NCBI RefSeq assembly: GCF_006345805.1
Contig: NW_021829294.1
Location: 1-6,572, forward strand
DNA: 6,572 nucleotides
Direction of reading: 5' to 3'
From: Octopus sinensis
Lineage: Eukaryota
Below are positions 1-5,693 of this stretch, piece after piece; position 1 is the first letter of the stretch, and each line of letters starts with the position of its first letter. A program made the position numbers and the translations under genes. The notes beneath the pieces were generated by a model. It was not told the origin of the DNA and did no database searches. It saw nothing but the letters and a program-made list of their open reading frames with translations.

Positions 1-330
1 TGATGTTGATCGATTTCGATTCTCACATATATATAAATAGATATACATGTATGTTAATTAAAATTTATTTGTGTCCATACATGTTAATTAATTAATTTGT
101 ATTCATTAGATCACTTTGTTTCCAAACTTAATAATTATTGATATATTCCAATATTTTCTATCCTATATTCATTGAAGAAATATCTCATCAAAATACAGTA
201 CATTGAACCAGTGTATCCTTCCATAGAATTATCCCTATAAGAGGTCTGAATATCCTCAATGTGACTTTAAATACACACACACAACACATATAGTATGCTA
301 TAATGAATCCATAAACACATATAAAACATC

Positions 331-719
331 TGTGCAGGCGCAATGGCCCAGTGGTTAGGGCAGCGGACTCGCGGTCATAGGATCGCGGTTTCGATTCCCA
401 GACCGGGCGTTGTGAGTGTTTATTGAGCGAAAACACCTAAAGCTCCACGAGGCTCCAGCAGGGGATGGTGGCGATCCCTGCTGTACTCTTTCACCACAAC
501 TTTCTCTCATTCTTACTTCCTGTTTCTGTTGTGCCTGTATTTCAAAGGGCCGGCCTTTACACTCTCTGTGTCATGCTGAATATCCCCAAGAACTACGTTA
601 AGGGTACACGTGTCTGTGGAGTGCTCAGCCACTTACACGTTAATTTCACGAGCAGGCTGTTCCGTTGATTCGGATCAACCGGAACCCTCGTCATCGTAAC
701 CGACGGAGTGCTTCCATCC
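331..719 (+). mobile_element. tRNA-derived SINE (family B), apparently full length, with target-site duplication
   Basis: tRNA-like head starts GGCGCAATGG at 337, with A box TGGCCCAGTGG (344-354) and B-box-like GGTTTCGATTCCC (387-399). About 310 bp of non-tRNA body follows, with hairpins at 456-483 and 660-684 and a short TCCA-type tail. The element is flanked by the identical 10-mer ATAAAACATC at 321-330 and 720-729. Confidence 0.8.
344..399 (+). promoter_or_regulatory. Internal RNA Pol III type-2 promoter (A box + B box) of SINE B
   Basis: TGGCCCAGTGG fits the A-box consensus TRGCNNARYGG. GGTTTCGATTCC resembles the B box GGTTCRANNCC with one extra T. Spacing is tRNA-like. Confidence 0.65.
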
Positions 720-845
720 ATAAAACATCCAAAGATATATTTTTTTCCCTTTCAGAACATATTATGCTCTGGGCATATAAATTTAATATTTAATTAATTG
801 AGAATTAATTGAAACAGCTGTAAGTGGAGATGATTAATTAGATGT

Positions 846-1243
846 GAGTGGCTGTGTGGTAAGTAGCTTGCTAACCAACCACATGGTTCCGGGTTCAGTC
901 CCACTGCGTGGTATCTTGGGCAAGTGTCTTCTGCTATAGCCTCGAGCCGACCAATGCCTTGTGAGTGGATTTGGTAGATGGAAACTGAAAGAAGCCTGTC
1001 GTATATATGTATATATATATATGTATGTATGTGTGTGTGTGTGTGTGTGTTTGTCTCCCTAGCATTGCTTGACAACCGATGCTGGTGTGTTTACGTCCCC
1101 GTAAATTAGCGGTTCGGCAAAAAGAGACCGATAGAATAAGTACTGGGCTTACAAAGAATAAGTCCTGGGGTCGATTTGCTCGACTAAAAGGTGGTGCTCC
1201 AGCATAGCCGCAGTCAAATGACTGAAACAAGTAAAAGAGTAAA
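846..1243 (+). mobile_element. tRNA-derived CORE-like SINE (family A, copy A1), near full length
   Basis: A box TGGCTGTGTGG (849-859), B box GGTTCAGTCC (892-901), CORE-like CTTGGGCAAGT (915-925), internal (TA)/(TG) microsatellite (~1001-1050), conserved 3' half and GTAAAAGA-type tail. It aligns as reverse complement to 2172-2592 and 4568-4971. It may correspond to the octopus OR-type SINEs, but the family name is unverified. Confidence 0.88.
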
Positions 1244-1288
1244 TTATTAACTTCCCAATCTCCATTTTCTTTTTCTTCTTTTTTATAT

Positions 1289-1453
1289 ATCATCATCATT
1301 GTTTAACGTCCGTTTTCCATGCTGGCATGGGTTGGACGGTTTGATTGAGGACTGGCAACCCAGGAGGCTGCACCAGGAGGCTTCACCAGGCTCTAATCTG
1401 ATTTGGCAAGGTTTCTACAGCAGGATGCCCTTCCTACTGCCAGCCCCTCCGAG
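1289..1453 (-). mobile_element. 3' fragment of family C retroposon (copy C1)
   Basis: The minus strand ends ...CCAACCCATGCCAGCATGGAAAACGGACGTTAAACAATGATGATG. It carries the AGGAAGGGCATCC motif and is homologous to 1792-1928 and, in reverse orientation, to 6489-6572. Homology stops at ~1453 (5' truncation). Confidence 0.8.
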
Positions 1454-1685
1454 TTAAGGAATGGAGTCGAAATCCAGGCTCCATAGGTTTCATATCGAGC
1501 GGAACCCCTTCCGAGGTATTTTTATTCGCAGCCCTCGATGCCAACCAGGAAATATAAAATAATTGTACTCCGATACAGGAAAAATCCACAACCTGCCACC
1601 TCGGTAAACCACTCTTGTTCCTGAAAGTTATTTTTTTTCTATTTTCTATGGATTGCTTGAAGCTTCCTTACTTCCTACACCTTGA

Positions 1686-1789
1686 TGTATGTGTATGTGT
1701 GTGTGTGTGTGTGTATGCCTTTATGTCAGTATTTAACTTTATATATATTCATAGAAGCATACATCTATCTATCTATATATATATATATA
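1686..1789. repeat. Compound microsatellite (TG)n / (TCTA)n / (TA)n
   Basis: Seen directly: TG run ~1686-1717, then ATCT and TA runs ~1741-1789. Confidence 0.9.
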
Positions 1790-1791
1790 AA

Positions 1792-2155
1792 ATCATCATC
1801 ATTGTTTAACGTCTGTTTTCCATGCTGGCATGAGTTGGACGGTTTGAATGGGGGCTTGCAATCTGATCTCACAAGGCTTCTACAGCTGGATGCCCTTCCT
1901 AATGCCAACCACTCCAAGAGTGTAGTGGCTGCTTTTTATGTGCCACTGGCATGGGGGCCAGTCAAGCAGCACTGGCATTGGCCACGTTTGAATGGTGCTT
2001 TCTACATGCCACCAGCACAGGAGTCAGTTAGGCGGCACTGGCATTGACCACACTCATATGGTACTTTTTATGAGCCACTGGCACAGGAGACAGGATCATG
2101 GGCATCGACCATACTCATATGGTCCCTTTTATGTGCCACTAGCAAAGGAGCCAGT
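1792..2155 (-). mobile_element. Family C retroposon (copy C2), older and diverged, with ~3.5 degenerate 61-66 bp internal units
   Basis: Same (GAT)n tail and AGGAAGGGCATCCAGCTGTAGAA block as C1. Degenerate units start at 1931, 1997, 2063 and 2124 and are reverse-complement homologues of the 67-bp unit at 5737-6402. Confidence 0.82.
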
Positions 2156-2171
2156 AAATTCTCACTATATA

Positions 2172-2592
2172 TACTCTTTACTCTTTTACTCTTTTACTTG
2201 TTTCAATCATTTGACTGCAGCCATGCTGGAGCACCGCCTTTAGTCGAGCAAATCAACCCTGGGACTTATTCTTTGTAAGCCCAGTACTTATTCTATCGGT
2301 CTCTTTTGCCGAACCGCTAAGTGACAGGGACGTAAACACACCAGCATCGGTTGTCAAGCAATGCTAGGGGGACAAACACAGACACACAAACACACACACA
2401 TACATATATATATATATACATACATATATACGACGGGCTTCTCTCAGTTTCCGTCTACCAAATCCACTCACAAGGCTGTGGTCGGCCCGGGGCTATAGCA
2501 GAAGACACTTGCCCAAGATGCCACGCAGTGGGACTGAACCCAGAACCATGTGGTTGGTTAGCAAGCTACTTACCACACAGCCATCCTGCACC
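2172..2592 (-). mobile_element. Family A SINE, full-length copy A2
   Basis: Reverse complement of A1, roughly 93% identical outside the microsatellite by my manual count. Head ends at ...CAGCCATCCTGCACC (2592); tail (TACTCTTT[T])n starts at 2172. A possible low-complexity TSD CTATATATA lies at 2165-2173 and 2592-2600. Confidence 0.9.
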
Positions 2593-2793
2593 TATATATA
2601 TATATATATATATACATAATATATAATATACATATACTAAATATATATACATACATATACATACTATATATACATAATATATATAATACATATACATACA
2701 TATATACATACATATATATACTACATAATATATATATCTGTATATGTATATAATGTACATATGTGTGTGCGGGTGTGTATACACACACACACA
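2593..2793. repeat. AT-rich compound microsatellite (TA)n/(TACA)n/(CA)n
   Basis: Seen directly. It occupies the position of the internal microsatellite of head-only copy A3. Confidence 0.9.
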
Positions 2794-2950
2794 CGAGAAG
2801 CTTCTTTCTGTTTCCATCTACCAAATCCACTCACAAGGCATTGGTTGGCCCGGGGCTATAGCAGAAGACACATGCCCAAGATGCCACGCAGTGGGACTGA
2901 ACCTGGAAACACGTGGTTAGGAAACAAGCTTCTTATCACACAGTCACACC
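2794..2950 (-). mobile_element. Family A SINE, 5' half only (copy A3: tRNA head + CORE-like block)
   Basis: Aligns to the head of A2 and A4 (TTTCCATCTACCAAATCCACTCACAAGG...CCCAAGATGCCACGCAGTGGGACTGAACC). The tRNA part is more diverged, and no separate 3' half is visible. Confidence 0.85.
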
Positions 2951-3048
2951 ATAAGAATGAAAAATGCAACTCATTGCGATGGTCATGGCTGGAATGTTTT
3001 AAACATAAGGCACGCTCAATGGAAAGGATAAGGAACACCCAGCGAGAT

Positions 3049-3211
3049 GGGTGTGGGTGGTAACCATAGCAACAACCTCAACACCAGACCCTTTCGTTCC
3101 CCACCCCCCACCTCTACTTTGTCAGCCCCTCACCTTACGCTGGTCTCTAATCTGTTTTATGACGTCATAAGGGAAAGAGGGTGGTGGTAATTGTGGTGGT
3201 GGGCACATGTG
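3049..3211. promoter_or_regulatory. Putative cis-regulatory motif cluster (KLF/SP boxes, RFX X-box, CRE, E-box) in a non-repetitive island
   Basis: GGGTGTGGGTGG (3049-3060), GTAACCATAGCAAC (3060-3073), CCCCACCCCCACC (3099-3111), TTATGACGTCATAA (3157-3170), CACATGTG (3204-3211). These are motif matches only; there are no functional data. Confidence 0.35.
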
Positions 3212-3245
3212 GACTGAAATTGGTGGTTCGTTTCTAGTCATCTTC

Positions 3246-3427
3246 CACACACACACACTTATCTAAATGTCGTGTGTATGTCTATGTCTGCACGTATTTG
3301 CATATATGTGTGTGCGCGTGTGTGTTTGCAAATATAAATGTGTGTATATGCATATATATATACACACACATATACACGTAAGTATAAATAAATACACACA
3401 CACACACACACATATATATACACACAT

Positions 3428-3472
<45 letters not shown>

Positions 3473-3774
3473 ACATATAGATATAGATATACACATATAT
3501 ATACATGCATTACACACATATATATACACACATATATATACACACACACATCATATATATTATAATATAATATACAATATATATATACACGCACACACAC
3601 ACATATATATATACACACACATATATATATATATACACATATATACACACATATATATATACACACACCATATATAAATTTATATATATACCACTATATA
3701 TATACACGCACACACACACATAATATACACACATATATATATATATACACATATATATACACACATATATATAT

Positions 3775-3817
<43 letters not shown>

Positions 3818-3858
3818 TATATACACGCACACACACATATATATATATACTTATACAC
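3246..3858. repeat. Long compound (TA)n/(CA)n microsatellite
   Basis: About 610 bp of almost uninterrupted alternating purine-pyrimidine sequence. Confidence 0.95.
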
Positions 3859-3985
3859 TGACAGGGACGCAAGCTAGAGTATACTCCCCACCACCCTGGG
3901 GCCCCTCAACCTAATGTTGTTCAGTGCAGGTTTTGTTGCAGGGGCAGAGGTGTGAGAGCTTTCTGTGATAAGGCACGGCTACAAT

Positions 3986-4058
3986 CACACACCTTCATAC
4001 ACACACTCACACACATATACACACACACTCACACACATATACACACACACACACACTC

Positions 4059-4107
<49 letters not shown>

Positions 4108-4124
4108 TATACACACTCACACAC

Positions 4125-4162
<38 letters not shown>

Positions 4163-4567
4163 CATATACACATACACACATACATGCACACACATACACA
4201 CACCTTCATACACACACGTAAACACACATCTCTTCGTACTCATTCACACACACTTGCAAGTACACACGCACACACACAAACACGGACACTCATTTTCACA
4301 TATATACATAGTATACACACACACATATATATATATATATATACACTCAAACACATGCACACACATAGGATCTCTTATTCCACACGCATATGTACCTACA
4401 CAGACACACCTTCACACATAAATACATGTACAACCACATATACACACACACATATGCATGTTCACACACATTCACACCCACTTGCAGGTACGCATACATA
4501 CACACACGTGTGCACATGCATTTTCACATGCACACATAGAATATGCACACACACTCACACAGACATA
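3986..4567. repeat. (CA)-rich degenerate microsatellite/minisatellite
   Basis: CA/CATA/CACT runs with recurrent anchor words (CACACCTTCA, CACTTGCA, CATTTTCACAT). Confidence 0.9.
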
Positions 4568-4971
4568 TACTCTTTTACTCTTTTACTTGTTTCAGTCATT
4601 TGACTGCGGCCATGCTGGAGCACCGCCTTTAGTCGAGCAAATCGACCCCGGGACTTATTCTTTGTAAGCCCAGTACTTATTCTATCAGTCTCTTTTGCTG
4701 AACCGCTAAGTGACGGGGACATAAACACACCAACATCGGTTGTCAAGCAATGCTAGGGGGACAAACAGACACACAGACACACACATACATATATATATAT
4801 ACATATATATGATGGGCTTCTTTCAGTTTCCGTCTACCAAATCCACTCACAAGGCATTGGTTGGCCCGGGGCTATAGCAGAAGACACTTGCCCAAGATGT
4901 CACGCAGTGGGACTGAACCCGGAACCATGTGGTTGGTTAGCAAGCTACTTACCACACAGCCACTCCTGTAC
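4568..4971 (-). mobile_element. Family A SINE, full-length copy A4
   Basis: Tail (TACTCTTT[T])n at 4568, conserved 3' half, internal microsatellite (~4766-4811) and head ending ...CAGCCACTCCTGTAC. It shares variants with A1 and A2 (AAGCCCAGTAC, GCAATGCTAGGG, GGTTGGTTAG, GCTATAGCAG). Confidence 0.9.
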
Positions 4972-5135
4972 ACATGTGCACACACACACAGACACACATA
5001 TTTACACACATACACATTTATACAGACATACACACATGCATAGGAACTCTACACACACACACGGACATATGTATACACACACCTGTAAAGAGCTACGTAA
5101 ACACACTGATGTCGATACATACACGTACACACAGG
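4972..5135. repeat. Degenerate (CA)-rich microsatellite
   Basis: Continues the CA-rich tract on the far side of SINE A4. Confidence 0.8.
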
Positions 5136-5151
5136 CATTAAGGCGTGTGAT

Positions 5152-5268
5152 CCTTCCCCCACGACCACCACCCACAACCGCCATCACCCACCACCACCAC
5201 CACTATAAAGCATATACCCACCCACCCTCTCTGCAGCTTAAATGCTACCCCACCACCCCCACCACCAC
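5152..5268. repeat. C-rich (CCA)n low-complexity tract
   Basis: Repeated CCA/CCCA units on the plus strand, giving (GGT)n/GGG runs on the minus strand. Confidence 0.75.
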
Positions 5269-5314
5269 AAAGATAAGACTCAGCAGGGATGGTCGCCAGA
5301 AAGACGCACTTGCT

Positions 5315-5462
5315 CACACACACACACACACGCAAGCACGTACAGTTATACATACATGCATATACACACGCAAACATCACACACGCGTACTGACACACGT
5401 ACGCAGTAGTATGTACACACACACATGCAGAATTGCTATGCATGTTTACATGTGTGTGTGTG
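5315..5462. repeat. Degenerate (CA)n switching to (TG)n microsatellite
   Basis: Seen directly. Confidence 0.8.
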
Positions 5463-5483
5463 TTAGGCAGCTAATATTACACC

Positions 5484-5502
5484 TGATGATGATGATGATG
5501 AT
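5484..5502. repeat. (TGA)6 trinucleotide microsatellite
   Basis: TGATGATGATGATGATGAT. The upstream sequence does not match the family C tail. Confidence 0.85.
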
Positions 5503-5506
5503 ATAT

Positions 5507-5654
5507 TGTATGGTAAGTAGCTTGCTTACCAACTACATGGTTCTAGGTTCAGTCCTACAGCCTGGCACCTTGGGCAAGTGTCTTCTACTATAACCTCAGG
5601 CTGACCAAAGCATTGCAAGAGGATTTGGTAGATGGAAACTGAAAGAAGCCCGTC
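5507..5654 (+). mobile_element. Family A SINE, 5' half only, slightly 5'-eroded (copy A5)
   Basis: TGGTAAGTAGCTTGCTTACCAAC...GGTTCAGTCC...GGCACCTTGGGCAAGTGTCTTCT...GAAAGAAGCCCGTC. It ends exactly where the microsatellite begins in full copies. Its variants differ from A1/A2/A4 (CTTACC, GCACCTT, CTACTATA), suggesting another subfamily or greater age. Confidence 0.85.
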
Positions 5655-5693
5655 TTCTTTCCTGAGCGTCCAATAATACTATATATATATATA

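Noticed and set aside
337-409. Functional tRNA gene
   Set aside because: The T-arm and acceptor stem do not pair properly, and the sequence continues into a SINE body bounded by a TSD.
188-2626. Short 60-121 aa ORFs in the first half of the window
   Set aside because: They overlap SINE bodies and microsatellites. The same pseudo-peptides (GLNPEPCGWLASYLPHSH) recur in each SINE copy, and no domain is recognisable.
3859-3868. Family A remnant (TGACAGGGAC)
   Set aside because: A 10-11 bp match only, with no further alignment.
3911-3956. Microexon (branch-like CTAAT, TTTTGTTGCAG acceptor, 8-nt exon, GTGTGA donor)
   Set aside because: The donor is weak, AG dinucleotides intervene after the branch point, and the length is not frame-preserving. 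It cannot be supported without RNA data.
5202-5209. TATA box (CTATAAAG)
   Set aside because: It is an isolated motif in low-complexity sequence with no other core promoter support.
5281-5297. Similarity of CAGCAGGGATGGTCGCC to SINE B 456-472
   Set aside because: The match is only ~15 bp and does not extend into the flanks, so it is compatible with chance.
5483-5489. Hammerhead core CTGATGA
   Set aside because: It is the start of a (TGA)n microsatellite, with no flanking stems or suitably placed GAAA.
2566-5593. His/Thr-, Tyr/Ile- and Val/Cys-rich ORFs (e.g. 3965-4603, 4907-5593, 3267-3677)
   Set aside because: These are translations of (CA)n, (TA)n and (TG)n tracts that simply lack stop codons.
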